From assembly GCA_964486075.1 (NCBI GenBank), contig CAZALU010000001.1:207-64206 (forward strand): a stretch of 64,000 nt of DNA. Direction: 5' to 3'. The DNA is from an uncultured Verrucomicrobiota bacterium (GTDB lineage Bacteria; Verrucomicrobiota; Kiritimatiellia; JAAZAB01). Under the pieces are notes generated by a model. The model did not search any database. It was given only the letters and a program-made list of their open reading frames with translations, and was not told the origin of the DNA. This document shows positions 40,091 through 50,186 of the stretch, in pieces (the first letter of the stretch is position 1; every line of letters begins with the position of its first letter). Position numbers and translations under genes: made by a program.

Positions 40091-40836
40091 AAACCATCCG
40101 CCCATCTGGCCGTGATGCTTGCGCCAAGCAAGAGGATCGTGGTGGTCACGGCCAACACATCCAAGATGGAGACGGCTGCCGGCGTTGTCCGGACGGTGAC
40201 CTCAAATCCGCGCAGATCCATGGCGACGGCAACGCGTTCGGCGCGATTCATGATTCGCAGGACCCAAATGGCGGGGAAAGCGCCAAGAACCCTTAATCTC
40301 ATCGTCAGCCTCGACGGCAAGCCGCGTATCCGCAGAGCGGATGAGATGCGCCCAGTTTCATTGGTAAGCATCGCGGTTTGGTGAACGATTTGCATGATTA
40401 GAATTGCCATCGTGCGCGGCACAGGCAATCCGCCCAGCGCCGTGCCCAGCTCAGCAAAATCAAGGGTCGCTATGGTGGCCGCGCAAATAAAAATACATCC
40501 TGTGCCGCGGATGCCGATTTCCAACGGCACTCGCACTGCGCCGAACCAATGGCTGCTTGCCGTATGCGGGGGGGGCACCCAAGGCGTGAGCAGAAACAAG
40601 GGCAGGAATAAAATACCGGCGTATAGCAACAAGCCGACCAGGTTTTTTCTGGGAACGCCACACAGCCATACCCAGCCGACAACAGCGCCGCAGACAAGTG
40701 CCATGCCCAGCGGCTGATGCAGGGGAGCGAAGAGGCAACTTATAAAAACGATCAGCCCGCAAGCCACGCGCGCGGATGGCGTCAAGCTCTGCATACGGCG
40801 ACTGCCTGAACCCCAGAATTCAAGGAACGCTGTCAC
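40087..40836 (-). CDS. ECF transporter T component (CbiQ/EcfT)
   Basis: TM helices; coupling motifs SALRIRG and RAERVAVAMDLRGF. Confidence 0.85.
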   Translation of the reverse strand: MTAFLEFWGSGSRRMQSLTPSARVACGLIVFISCLFAPLHQPLGMALVCGAVVGWVWLCGVPRKNLVGLLLYAGILFLPLFLLTPWVPPPHTASSHWFGAVRVPLEIGIRGTGCIFICAATIATLDFAELGTALGGLPVPRTMAILIMQIVHQTAMLTNETGRISSALRIRGLPSRLTMRLRVLGAFPAIWVLRIMNRAERVAVAMDLRGFEVTVRTTPAAVSILDVLAVTTTILLLGASITARWADGL

Positions 40837-40840
40837 CGGT

Positions 40841-41461
40841 CTATCCTTTCTTGCGGGCTGTTATAATATAGCTATGTTCATCATCGGTCGTGGAAATAAC
40901 GTTGAATCGGTTCCGCTCGAGCAGCTGCGCGGTCTCGTCAGCGCAAACAAGATGATCATGTCTGACGGAAGGATGCACTTTTGCATGGATCCGATTGACC
41001 TGCGCCCGCGAAATCAAGTGCACTATGTGCAGATGGCTTTCCGGCCGCAGTACGCGGTGCAATTCTTTGGCGACAGCCGCGTGATTCTCAAAGTGAGGCC
41101 ATACCGAGAAGCAGATGATCCGATCTATGCTAGCATCCTCAAAGGGAATCTTTTCGGCTGATGCGTGATGCCAACTGGCGCGCACATCATCCGCTTTTCT
41201 CCGCGCCAGCGCAAGCATCCGGGTCGAAATGTCCAACGCCATAACGCGCCCTGCCGACCCAAGCCTTCGCAAAAGCGCCTTGGTAAGATTGCCAGTGCCG
41301 CAACCGACGTCAAGCACAACCTCGCTGGCATTGATATCGAATTGCGCAAGACAAGCATCAAGATCATGGGCTACAAGGGACAGATCGAACCCGGCGTCCC
41401 ATGTGTCGGCGAGCGCATCGAAAAACTCTATGCGGGGATCGGAAATAGGACTTGTTTTCAT
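40841..41461 (-). CDS. Class I SAM-dependent methyltransferase
   Basis: EFFDALADTWD, VLDVGCGTG, ALDISTRML, ELHRVLRP; ATG 41461 overlaps the upstream stop. Confidence 0.88.
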   Translation of the reverse strand: MKTSPISDPRIEFFDALADTWDAGFDLSLVAHDLDACLAQFDINASEVVLDVGCGTGNLTKALLRRLGSAGRVMALDISTRMLALARRKADDVRASWHHASAEKIPFEDASIDRIICFSVWPHFENHAAVAKELHRVLRPESHLHIVHLISRAQVNRIHAKVHPSVRHDHLVCADETAQLLERNRFNVISTTDDEHSYIITARKKG

Positions 41462-41979
41462 CGAGGAGGTTTCTTTATAGGCACATAACCCTTTGATAAG
41501 CGCACGATCGCCGGAATAGCGAAAAGCATAAGTATAATGCCGGGCCAGCCGCTCAGCAAAGAGATTCCTGCGATAAATGTAGCCGGCAGCCCCATATAAA
41601 GCGCTGCCAGATACAAAAGCCCGGCGCCAACAACCCTGCCGTAGATGAGTATTGGTATCAAAAGAATCAACACCGGCGCGCGCGGAAACCAGGCATGGAA
41701 GATGCCAATCAGGATCGCCATGAGGGATAATTCCACTGACATAGTCGGCGCCACCGGCGGATATAACGGCGGCATGCCTGTGACGGCGCCGGATAACAGT
41801 GGGACGACGAAGGCCGTCAGCGCAGATGCGCCTGGCCGCACAAAAAAAGCCAATGCCACCAACGGTAAGTACATAGGCATGAAAATGTGGCCGAGGTGAA
41901 TCAAGTGAAACAATATGGGCAGCAGCAGGGCGATGGCTCCAAACAGCCCGCAATAGGCAAATTCTCGATTGGTCATCAT
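41458..41979 (-). CDS. ECF transporter S component-like membrane protein
   Basis: Hydrophobic 173 aa; LLLPILFH...FMPMYLPL...PLLSGAVTGMPP...SWPGIILML pattern of ECF_trnsprt proteins. Confidence 0.72.
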   Translation of the reverse strand: MMTNREFAYCGLFGAIALLLPILFHLIHLGHIFMPMYLPLVALAFFVRPGASALTAFVVPLLSGAVTGMPPLYPPVAPTMSVELSLMAILIGIFHAWFPRAPVLILLIPILIYGRVVGAGLLYLAALYMGLPATFIAGISLLSGWPGIILMLFAIPAIVRLSKGYVPIKKPPR

Positions 41980-43925
41980 TAAAACTTCAGGTGCGCGCCT
42001 GAGAAAATGCTTGTCCCGGGCATCGGATAGCCGGGTAGAAACTCATAATTTTGATCGGTCAGATTTTCCAGGGCAACGTACAGTTCGCCCGGAATATTGG
42101 TCCAAGTCTTAATATCCAGCGTGATCTTGGCATTAGCCACAAAATATCCGTCAATTTCTTTAAGGTCCTCCGGTGCCGGCGCTCCGGAACGGCCATTATA
42201 GGCATACTGATCGGCAACGTATTCCGCGTCCAGGTCCACTTTGACATTCGGCAAAATCTTGAGCGACACACCGGCGCTGACGCTCACCTTCGGCGAACGG
42301 GGTGTTTTAGCATACTCCGGATGCATCAAAGTCAGTCCGGCAAAACATGACAGCCGCTCCCATGGCGTAAGATGCAACGACGTCTCCCACCCGTCGACCG
42401 CCTTTTTACCCGTATTCAGCAAGCCGTTTGGCGTAACCTCCAGCAGGTTATCGCCGTTCATGTGAAAAATCGAGGATTGTAAGGCGGCCAACTTAGAAAC
42501 ATCCCAGTGGATGCCACCCTCGGTATTATCCATCACCTCGGCTTTTAATTGGTCCATCGTCGACGCGGAGGTACCTTTGATATAGATGCCCGGGTAATTT
42601 ACGCCGCGCGATTGGGATAAAAAGAACGTCAAGGTGTCTTTAGTCGCCGCGAGGGAGGCGCAGGGTGCCAATTCGTTCTCAAACTCACTGCTGATGTAAT
42701 AGCGTCCGCCGACTGAGGGTGTGATCGTGACGTCCTTGACCGGTAAGGCGTAACGCGCGCCCAGGTACGGCGCCACGGTCACGAAAGTGCCCTTGAACTG
42801 GAACGGCACCTTGCCGGAAAGAGTCGTGTTTTTCGATTCTCCGCTGTCCGCCCCCGCATCCAGTCCGGCCGTCAGAGTCCATTGGTCTATCAGCACATCA
42901 TACAGCGAGCGAACCCCGTAATTATCCCAGTCCGTATCGGAGCTCCCCGGGGGAGAGGTGTTGTCGCCGTCCGCCAAATGATCCTTTTTCCAGCGGATTT
43001 TACCATCATCGAGATAAAAAAGGGCAAAGCCCTGGACGAAGTCACTGCCTGTATCCAAACGCAAGCCCTGCGTCAGGGTTTCGGTGGCGAATTTATTCCT
43101 GATGGGAGTCGGCTGGTCAATGGGGCCGGGATCGAGCGCCCAGTTGTCGGTTCGGTGCAGAATATAGGACACATGATTGTCATCTGCGAGATCCACGCCT
43201 AATCTCAAATACTGCCCATCCAGGTTTGCGGCCGAATGCGCGCGTTGGCCCTGCGATTCTTTGTGATAGGCGCCGCCGTAATAATCGAACAGGTCTATTT
43301 TTCCGCCGGTCATCAGCGATCCCAGCCACGTTTGATAACTGCCGTAACCGGCATTGATCTCGGTTTCATACCCCGGCTTTTTGCGCCGCAGGGACTGGAT
43401 ATCCACCGCGCCAAACGTGCCGGAATAAGCTTGCGGCTGCGGCCCCTTGGAGACGGAGACCGAATCCGCGAAATCTACCGGTGTCATATCCAGCAGCGGA
43501 TGATTCCAGGCACCTGACTCGCGCGGAATACCATCCGCATAAATCCTGATTTCACTGCCGGGCCGCCCGGCGCCCTCGCCCCGGATATAAATAGAGCCGC
43601 CATCCGCTCCGCCGTAGGCGCCCAACGGGTTGAAACGTGCGATGGTCACCCCGGGTACGCTGCGCAGGGCGGTCGACAGCTCGCGAGCGTCCAAGCGCTC
43701 GATTTGACTGCGGCCCACTTCCGATACTACGCCGCCGGCCGGCCGGACCGTTTCGCGGGCCGTTATCGGCGGCGCCGTCACCAGGATTTCTGGCGTATCG
43801 CTGATCGATGCCTCTGCCGCCAGATCGATATTTGACATCTGCGCCCCGGCGATGACGCCGCAGAACAGCACGCTCGCACAGACCTGGAACCGCACCCCAC
43901 ATCGCCCAAACATCATTGCACGCAT
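41979..43925 (-). CDS. TonB-dependent receptor
   Basis: Signal peptide, TonB box EILVTA, plug (LRSVPGV, SIYIRG, IYADGIP, VSVSKGP), LENLTDQNYE..GYPMPG, terminal Phe. Confidence 0.92.
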   Translation of the reverse strand: MRAMMFGRCGVRFQVCASVLFCGVIAGAQMSNIDLAAEASISDTPEILVTAPPITARETVRPAGGVVSEVGRSQIERLDARELSTALRSVPGVTIARFNPLGAYGGADGGSIYIRGEGAGRPGSEIRIYADGIPRESGAWNHPLLDMTPVDFADSVSVSKGPQPQAYSGTFGAVDIQSLRRKKPGYETEINAGYGSYQTWLGSLMTGGKIDLFDYYGGAYHKESQGQRAHSAANLDGQYLRLGVDLADDNHVSYILHRTDNWALDPGPIDQPTPIRNKFATETLTQGLRLDTGSDFVQGFALFYLDDGKIRWKKDHLADGDNTSPPGSSDTDWDNYGVRSLYDVLIDQWTLTAGLDAGADSGESKNTTLSGKVPFQFKGTFVTVAPYLGARYALPVKDVTITPSVGGRYYISSEFENELAPCASLAATKDTLTFFLSQSRGVNYPGIYIKGTSASTMDQLKAEVMDNTEGGIHWDVSKLAALQSSIFHMNGDNLLEVTPNGLLNTGKKAVDGWETSLHLTPWERLSCFAGLTLMHPEYAKTPRSPKVSVSAGVSLKILPNVKVDLDAEYVADQYAYNGRSGAPAPEDLKEIDGYFVANAKITLDIKTWTNIPGELYVALENLTDQNYEFLPGYPMPGTSIFSGAHLKF

Positions 43926-44037
43926 TGCCTATGCTCCTGTGTATACCTTGTTGATATTCCGGTTGCGCGGCCGCTGCCATCCGCCAACCCGTTAGCGTCA
44001 TGCCGCCGGCATAGTCCATGCCGTGCTGCGTAAAAAA

Positions 44038-44064
44038 ATAACACGTAATCATAATACGTAACAC
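44038..44064 (-). promoter_or_regulatory. Candidate NikR operator upstream of the TBDR operon
   Basis: On the minus strand GTGTTAC-N13-GTGTTAT, with a pseudo-palindromic spacer. Confidence 0.4.
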
Positions 44065-44228
44065 TGCGCAAGAAAAAAATGCAGGATTTTGGCTGGCAAA
44101 GGCTTATGCAATAATCTTGTTTTCGTGTATTTGCGCGACATCGTAAAGGTGTCGCCTTGGAGTGCGGCAGAGTGCCATTTTTTTAGGTTGAATCAGGCCT
44201 ATCGGGTGGGCAAGGGCGGATGGGACGA

Positions 44229-44642
44229 TCAGGAGAGCCGCTGGCCGAGTGTGCCGGCTGCCAGCGCGACGTGCTTTAAGCCTTTCACGGCCTTGAGGCT
44301 TTTGACCATGGCGTTGATCGCATGCGGCTTTCCGCGGACAGTGACAGTCTCCAGGCAGTTGTCATGATCGAGATGCACGTGCTGCGTTGAAATAATCAAG
44401 TCATGGCTTTCATGTTGGAGCGCTGTCAGTTTGCGGAGCAAATCCGGCTTGTGGTGATTATACACCAGCACAATTGCCCCGGCCACTTCGTTGCCTTCCA
44501 GCCATTCTGTCTCGACCAGACTTTTTCTGATAAAGTCGCCGATAGCTTTGGAGCGGGTCGGACAACGTTCGCTCCGCAGTTTGCGATCGAATTTCTCCAA
44601 CAAACTTTGATCAAGTGATATACTGAAACGTACCAACGCCAT
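44229..44642 (-). CDS. nikR: Nickel-responsive regulator NikR
   Basis: RHH start LVRFSISLD, RSKAIGDFIR, Ni site LQHESH..STQHVHLDHDNCLE. Confidence 0.93.
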   Translation of the reverse strand: MALVRFSISLDQSLLEKFDRKLRSERCPTRSKAIGDFIRKSLVETEWLEGNEVAGAIVLVYNHHKPDLLRKLTALQHESHDLIISTQHVHLDHDNCLETVTVRGKPHAINAMVKSLKAVKGLKHVALAAGTLGQRLS

Positions 44643-44888
44643 TCTAACCTCATTTCCATTTTGTTTTACGTAAATCGTAGCATGACGGGCCCGGAACGAC
44701 AAGGCGGTTTCTGCCAGGGCAGCCTATCGTTTGGCTCGCGCTCTCTTTGCCGTTGACGAAGTCTTATGAGAGCGTTAGCATTCAAGCATACATAAGACGA
44801 GGACGGCCATTTTTGTCGTTACCAGGCATGGCGTCATAAATAATGCAGCATATTGGCAATCTGGTATGCCGAACGGAGCGAGGAATCT

Positions 44889-45242
44889 ATGGCAATTCTG
44901 TTGATCTTTAATCATGCGCCTTACGACGGCACCGACTTGACCTGGAACGCCCTGCGGCTGGCCGGGCAGTTACAGAAAGACGGGGCTGATGTTCGGCTGT
45001 TTCTGATGAATGACTCGGTGGACTTGGCTCGCGACGGCGCGCCGGCGCCGGAAGGCGCTTTCGACTTGGTGCAAATGACCAAGGATCTGATCGCCGCCGG
45101 TGTCACGGTGAAGGTCTGCGGCACCTGCCAGGCTCGCTGTGGTATCCGGAAAGGCCAGCCGTATTACGAAGGCGCGTGTAAAGCGACCATGGCAGAACTG
45201 TCCGAATGGGTGCGTGACAGTGACCAGGTTCTGACTTTTTGA
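44889..45242 (+). CDS. DsrE/DsrF-like family protein
   Basis: NHAPYDGTD..WNALRLA, LFLMNDSV, VKVCGTCQARCG; SD GAGGA before ATG 44889. Confidence 0.85.
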   Translation: MAILLIFNHAPYDGTDLTWNALRLAGQLQKDGADVRLFLMNDSVDLARDGAPAPEGAFDLVQMTKDLIAAGVTVKVCGTCQARCGIRKGQPYYEGACKATMAELSEWVRDSDQVLTF

Positions 45243-45281
45243 GTTAAGGCCATCATTATTAAGGAAGGGAGTGTGTCCATT

Positions 45282-46466
45282 ATGTACGCACGAGAGATTC
45301 GAGCTGGGATTTTTAATTTCGCCATGGTGCACTGGGATCGGCGGTTATTCGACTCGTTGGTCCCGCTGCCGGATGGCACAAGCTATAACGCCTACCTGGT
45401 CAAAGGGCAAGATGCAACGGCCCTGATCGATAGCGCGGACCCGGCCCTGCAGGACGAATTCATGGATCAGCTCCAAGGCGTGGAGCGCATCGACTATGTC
45501 GTATCCCAACATTCGGAGCAGGACCACTCTGGCATGATCCCGTTGGTAATGGCTCGCTTTCCGAACGCCAAGCTGGTTTGCAGCGCTAAGGCCAAAGACC
45601 TGCTCAGCACTCATTTGCGGCTGCCGGAGGATCGACTGGTGGTCGTCGAGGATGGCCAGACCATCTCCCTCGGCGACAAGACGCTGCAGTTCGTCTATAC
45701 GCCCTGGGTTCATTGGCCGGAGACCATGTGTACTTATATTCCGCAGGATAAATGCTTGTTTTCCTGCGACTTATTTGGATCCCACCTGGCCACCACCGAT
45801 CTCTTCGTGACCGACGAGGCCCGCGTATACGAGGCCGCCAAGCGTTATTATGCCGAGATCATGATGCCGTTCCGCAGCTTCATCATCAAGAATCTTGAGA
45901 AGCTTGGCGCGCTGGATTTCGACATGATCGCCCCAAGCCACGGGCCGGTGTACGGCAAGCCGGCCTTTATTTTGGACGCCTATCGGGATTGGGTATCGCC
46001 GGTGATGAAGAACGAGGTCGTACTGCCATACATCAGCATGCATGGCAGCACGGCGGCGATGGTCAGGCATCTGATCGATGCCTTGGCCCGCCACGGAATT
46101 GCCGTGTATGCGTTCGATCTGGCAGTGACGGATATCGGCAAGCTGGCGATCGCCCTGGTGGATGCCGCGACGCTGATTGTCGGAACGCCGACAGTCCACG
46201 TGGGTCCGCACCCGGCCGTGTTCTACGCCGCGCATCTGGCGAACCTGCTGCGCCCCAAGCTGAAGTACGCTGCAATTATCGGATCCTACGGCTGGAGCAG
46301 CCAGGCCGCAGAACAGATCGCCGGGCTCATCCCCAAACTCAAGGTGGCAGTCCTGGGTACCGTCTTACAGAAGGGATACCCGACGGCTGAGACATTCGGA
46401 GAGCTTGATGTATTGGCCGCCGCGGTTGCCAAGGCGCATCGTGAAGACGAACTGGTTCACGCATAG
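45282..46466 (+). CDS. fprA: Flavodiiron protein (FprA, type A flavoprotein)
   Basis: GTSYNAYLV, HSEQDHSG, VHWPETM, FSCDLFG, APSHG, flavodoxin SMHGST. Confidence 0.93.
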   Translation: MYAREIRAGIFNFAMVHWDRRLFDSLVPLPDGTSYNAYLVKGQDATALIDSADPALQDEFMDQLQGVERIDYVVSQHSEQDHSGMIPLVMARFPNAKLVCSAKAKDLLSTHLRLPEDRLVVVEDGQTISLGDKTLQFVYTPWVHWPETMCTYIPQDKCLFSCDLFGSHLATTDLFVTDEARVYEAAKRYYAEIMMPFRSFIIKNLEKLGALDFDMIAPSHGPVYGKPAFILDAYRDWVSPVMKNEVVLPYISMHGSTAAMVRHLIDALARHGIAVYAFDLAVTDIGKLAIALVDAATLIVGTPTVHVGPHPAVFYAAHLANLLRPKLKYAAIIGSYGWSSQAAEQIAGLIPKLKVAVLGTVLQKGYPTAETFGELDVLAAAVAKAHREDELVHA

Positions 46467-46525
46467 TAATACCACCCCGTGCAGACTCAAGAAATGCTAT
46501 TGATCAAATAAAGGAATCAACCGTA

Positions 46526-48190
46526 ATGAATATGTTTTGCTACCAATGCGAACAGACGGCCAAGGGAACCGGTTGCACCGCACACGGTGTCTGCGGCAAA
46601 GATCCTGAGACCGCGGCGCTTCAGGATTTGGCGCTGCACGTTGCCGAAGGCATCAGTCAGTACGCCCACCGGGCGCGAAGGCTCGGCGTGACGCATCGTC
46701 CGGCCGATTTATTGGTCGTCGAGGCGCTGTTCGCCACAGTAACCAATGTAAACTTCGATCCCCAGCGAGTGGCCGAGCTGATCCAACGCGGCGTCACAAT
46801 CCGCAGCGAGATCAAACAGGCATACCAGACGGCATGTCAAAAGTCCGGGCAGCGGCCGGAGCCGCCGGCAAACGAGGCGGCCATTGAGCCGCTCAACGAC
46901 CTCAACGGGATGATCCGCCAGGGAGAGCAGATCACGATCCAGAAACGGATTGACGCTCTCGGAGAAGATGTGGCGGGCCTTCAGGAGCTTATCACCTACG
47001 GCTTAAAAGGCATGGCCGCTTACGTTGAGCACGCCCAGATTCTGGGCGTGGAAGATGACGACGTGTATGCATTCATACATGAGGCGCTGGACTTTCTGGC
47101 CGGTAATCCTGCCGACCTGGATGCCTTGGTGACCATGACGCTGCGTGTTGGCGAAATAAACCTTAAAGCTATGGAGATGCTCGACGCTGCCAATACCGGC
47201 ACATACGGACATCCTGAGCCGACCGAAGTTCGCGTCACGCCTGTCCAGGGCAAGTGTATTGTGGTCTCTGGCCACGATCTGAAAGATCTCGCTATGCTCC
47301 TGGAACAGACCGCCGGCAAAGGGATTAATGTCTACACGCACGGCGAGATGTTGCCCTGCCTGGCCTATCCGGAACTCAAAAAACACAAGCACCTGGTGGG
47401 CAACTACGGCGGGGCCTGGCAGGACCAGCGTCAGGAGTTCGACGGCTTCCCCGGCGCAATTCTGATGACCACCAACTGTATTCAGAAACCCAAGGATAGC
47501 TACAAACAGCGTATCTTCACAACAGGCCTTGTGGCCTGGCCGGACGTAACGCACATCTCCGCCGACGCTGCCGAAAACAAGGATTTTGCGCCGGTGATCG
47601 AAGCCGCATTGGCGGCCCCGGGGTTCGAAAAAGACGCCGAACCTCAGACCATCACTATTGGTTTCGCACGCAACGCCGTGATGAGTGTGGCGGATAAGGT
47701 TGTAGCGGCGGTTAAAGACGGAAAAATTCGCCACTTCTTCCTCATCGGCGGTTGTGATGGAGCAAAATCCGGGCGGAATTATTACACCGAACTGGCCCGG
47801 CAGGTGCCGGAAGATTGCGTAATACTGACGCTTGCCTGCGGCAAGTACCGTTTCAATAAACTGCCCTTTGGTGATATTGGCGGGATTCCACGCTTGCTGG
47901 ACTGCGGACAGTGCAACGATGCCTATTCCGCAATTCAGATTGCCGTGGCCCTGTCCAAGGCCTTCGGCTGCGGTATTAATGAGCTGCCTTTGAGCATGGT
48001 GTTGAGCTGGTACGAGCAAAAGGCTGTCTGCATCCTGCTGACGCTGCTGTACCTGGGCATCAAGAATATGCGCTTAGGCCCGACACTGCCGGCCTTCGTC
48101 GGTCCCAACGTACTGAAGGTGTTGGTGGAGCGCTTCAACCTGATGCCGGTCAAGACGCCCGAGGAAGATTTGAAAGCCATGCTCGGATAA
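46526..48190 (+). CDS. hcp: Hybrid cluster protein (hydroxylamine/NO reductase), class I
   Basis: MFCYQCEQ with CX2CX8CX5C, YTHGEMLP, TTNCI, GGCDG, DCGQCND, WYEQKAV. Confidence 0.96.
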   Translation: MNMFCYQCEQTAKGTGCTAHGVCGKDPETAALQDLALHVAEGISQYAHRARRLGVTHRPADLLVVEALFATVTNVNFDPQRVAELIQRGVTIRSEIKQAYQTACQKSGQRPEPPANEAAIEPLNDLNGMIRQGEQITIQKRIDALGEDVAGLQELITYGLKGMAAYVEHAQILGVEDDDVYAFIHEALDFLAGNPADLDALVTMTLRVGEINLKAMEMLDAANTGTYGHPEPTEVRVTPVQGKCIVVSGHDLKDLAMLLEQTAGKGINVYTHGEMLPCLAYPELKKHKHLVGNYGGAWQDQRQEFDGFPGAILMTTNCIQKPKDSYKQRIFTTGLVAWPDVTHISADAAENKDFAPVIEAALAAPGFEKDAEPQTITIGFARNAVMSVADKVVAAVKDGKIRHFFLIGGCDGAKSGRNYYTELARQVPEDCVILTLACGKYRFNKLPFGDIGGIPRLLDCGQCNDAYSAIQIAVALSKAFGCGINELPLSMVLSWYEQKAVCILLTLLYLGIKNMRLGPTLPAFVGPNVLKVLVERFNLMPVKTPEEDLKAMLG

Positions 48191-48252
48191 GCGTCGGCCA
48201 GCTTCTAGTTTTGATTGTGATTCTGTGTCATGCGCTATACTAAAACACATTA

Positions 48253-49128
48253 ATGAATCAACCTGAAAAGTTGGGATTAATAGCAGGTCGTGGTGCCTAC
48301 CCGCTGTTGTTGGCGGAATCGGCGAAAAAACAGGGCGTCCGGCGCCTGGTGGCCGTTGCATTCCGGGGTGAAACGGATCGCGCCATCGAACGCCTGGTCG
48401 ATGAGGTGCAGTGGCTGCACGTCGGGCAGTTGACCCGTCTGTTGGATGTCTTCCGTCACAGCGGGGTCACGCAAGCGGTAATGGCTGGCCAGATCACGCC
48501 CTCCCGTCTGTTTAACGTGCGACTCGACCATCGTGCCTTGGCGTTGCTTGCCCGCCTGCGGACGCGCAATGCCGAGACCATTTTTAGTACGATTGGCGCT
48601 GAGTTGAAAACAGCGGGCGTGGAGCTGCTGCCGGCCTCACTTTTTATGGAATCCGCCATGCCCGCTCCCGGTCTGATGAGCCGCCGCGCTCCGACGCCGG
48701 CTGAGCAGTCTGACATCGAGCTTGGCTGCCGGGCGGCCAAGGCGGTCAGCGGCCTGGATATTGGCCAGACGGTCGTCGTTAAGCAGGGCACCATCCTCGC
48801 GGTCGAGGGCTTCGAAGGCACCGATGAAACCCTTTTGCGGGCCGGTCGGCTGGGGGGGGCAGGCGCCGTGGTCGTTAAGGCCGCCAAGCGCGGTCATGAT
48901 ATGCGTTTCGATATTCCGGTGATAGGTCCGCAAACGTTCAAAATATTAAAAAAAATATGCGCCACTGTCCTTGCCGTGGAAGCCGGCCGCACGATCTTGC
49001 TGGAACGTGAGCGCCTGGTAGCGGAAGCCGATAGGCTGGAGCTCGCTTTCTTGGCGGTTGCGATGAATGATGCAATGCCAAGCACCATCATGGAACATCC
49101 GGTATCAAACACAGGCTGCATTGGATAA
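48253..49128 (+). CDS. lpxI: UDP-2,3-diacylglucosamine diphosphatase LpxI
   Basis: LGLIAGRGAYP, DIGQTVVV, AVEGFEGTD, KRGHDMRFDIPVIG. Confidence 0.9.
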   Translation: MNQPEKLGLIAGRGAYPLLLAESAKKQGVRRLVAVAFRGETDRAIERLVDEVQWLHVGQLTRLLDVFRHSGVTQAVMAGQITPSRLFNVRLDHRALALLARLRTRNAETIFSTIGAELKTAGVELLPASLFMESAMPAPGLMSRRAPTPAEQSDIELGCRAAKAVSGLDIGQTVVVKQGTILAVEGFEGTDETLLRAGRLGGAGAVVVKAAKRGHDMRFDIPVIGPQTFKILKKICATVLAVEAGRTILLERERLVAEADRLELAFLAVAMNDAMPSTIMEHPVSNTGCIG

Positions 49129-49133
49129 CATTT

Positions 49134-50084
49134 ATGAATGATCACAAGGTCAAGATCGGGGTGGTCGGCGTGGGCAGCCTGGGCCAATGGCATGCGCGGA
49201 TTTATTCCGAACTGCCCACGGCGGAACTGGTCGGAGTGTACGATCTCAACACGGCGCGGGCAGAGGAAATAGCGGCTCGCTACCGGACGAGAGTTTTTCG
49301 GGATATGGCCGACTTGGCGGCGGCGGTGGAAGCCGCCAGCATCGTCGTGCCGGCTGACAAACATTGCGAGGCGGCCGCGCTGTTTCTTGAGCGCGGCGTG
49401 CATCTACTGGTTGAGAAACCAATTGCCACCCGGACCGCGGATGCCGAGCAGATGGTCGCGGCGGCGCAGGCTAAAAATTTGATTCTCCAAGTGGGGCATG
49501 TCGAGCGCTTTAACCCGGTGATCAAGGTCTTGGAAGAAGTCTTGGACCATCCGCGATTCATCGAGGCCCACCGCCTGGCTCCCTACCCGCCGGTGCGGAA
49601 GGGACAACTGCCGCGGGGCACGGAGGTCAGCGTGGTGCTGGATTTGATGATCCACGACCTGGAAGTCATCCTGCACCTGGTGCGCTCGCCGGTCCGTGAA
49701 ATCCACGCCGTCGGCGTGCCGGTGCTCAGTCCCAGCGAGGATATCGCTAATGTCCGGCTGGCGTTCGAGAACGGGTGCGTGGCCAATGTGACCACCAGCC
49801 GGATCAGTCCGGAAAACATGCGCAAGATCCGCGTGTTCCAGGAAGACACCTACATTTCGCTCGATTACCAGAACCAGGCTGGAGAACTATACCGTAAGCG
49901 CGACGGGAAAATAGAACGCAACCGGGTCCCGATCGAAAAGGGGGAAGCTTTGCTGAACGAGCTCTCGTCGTTTGTGGCGTGCATCCGCGCCAGCGCCCAG
50001 CCCATGGTCAGCGGCCGGCAGGCCGCCGAGGCCCTGAGCCTGGCGGTCGATATCTGCCGGCATATCCGCGAGCACGCCTCGTGA
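49134..50084 (+). CDS. Gfo/Idh/MocA family oxidoreductase
   Basis: GVVGVGSLG, VEKPI, VGHVERFNP, DLMIHD. Confidence 0.92.
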   Translation: MNDHKVKIGVVGVGSLGQWHARIYSELPTAELVGVYDLNTARAEEIAARYRTRVFRDMADLAAAVEAASIVVPADKHCEAAALFLERGVHLLVEKPIATRTADAEQMVAAAQAKNLILQVGHVERFNPVIKVLEEVLDHPRFIEAHRLAPYPPVRKGQLPRGTEVSVVLDLMIHDLEVILHLVRSPVREIHAVGVPVLSPSEDIANVRLAFENGCVANVTTSRISPENMRKIRVFQEDTYISLDYQNQAGELYRKRDGKIERNRVPIEKGEALLNELSSFVACIRASAQPMVSGRQAAEALSLAVDICRHIREHAS

Positions 50085-50101
50085 AGATCGGCTCTAAGCG
50101 G

Positions 50102-50129
50102 TTGACTTGAGCCCGACACCGCATAGAAT
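50102..50129 (+). promoter_or_regulatory. Sigma70 promoter
   Basis: TTGACT-16-TAGAAT upstream of the metallopeptidase gene. Confidence 0.55.
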
Positions 50130-50186
50130 ATATTGCTGGAACAGGCGCTGTCCGACGCTGGCGGTTAAAAATTAAGGTACAAAATT

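Noticed and set aside
44664-44680. TGTTTTACGTAAATCG as a parS-like site
   Set aside because: Too many mismatches to the palindromic consensus
47003-48019. Long antisense ORFs opposite hcp, hppA, the ABC permease and others
   Set aside because: Typical high-GC antisense shadows with no motifs or ribosome-binding sites
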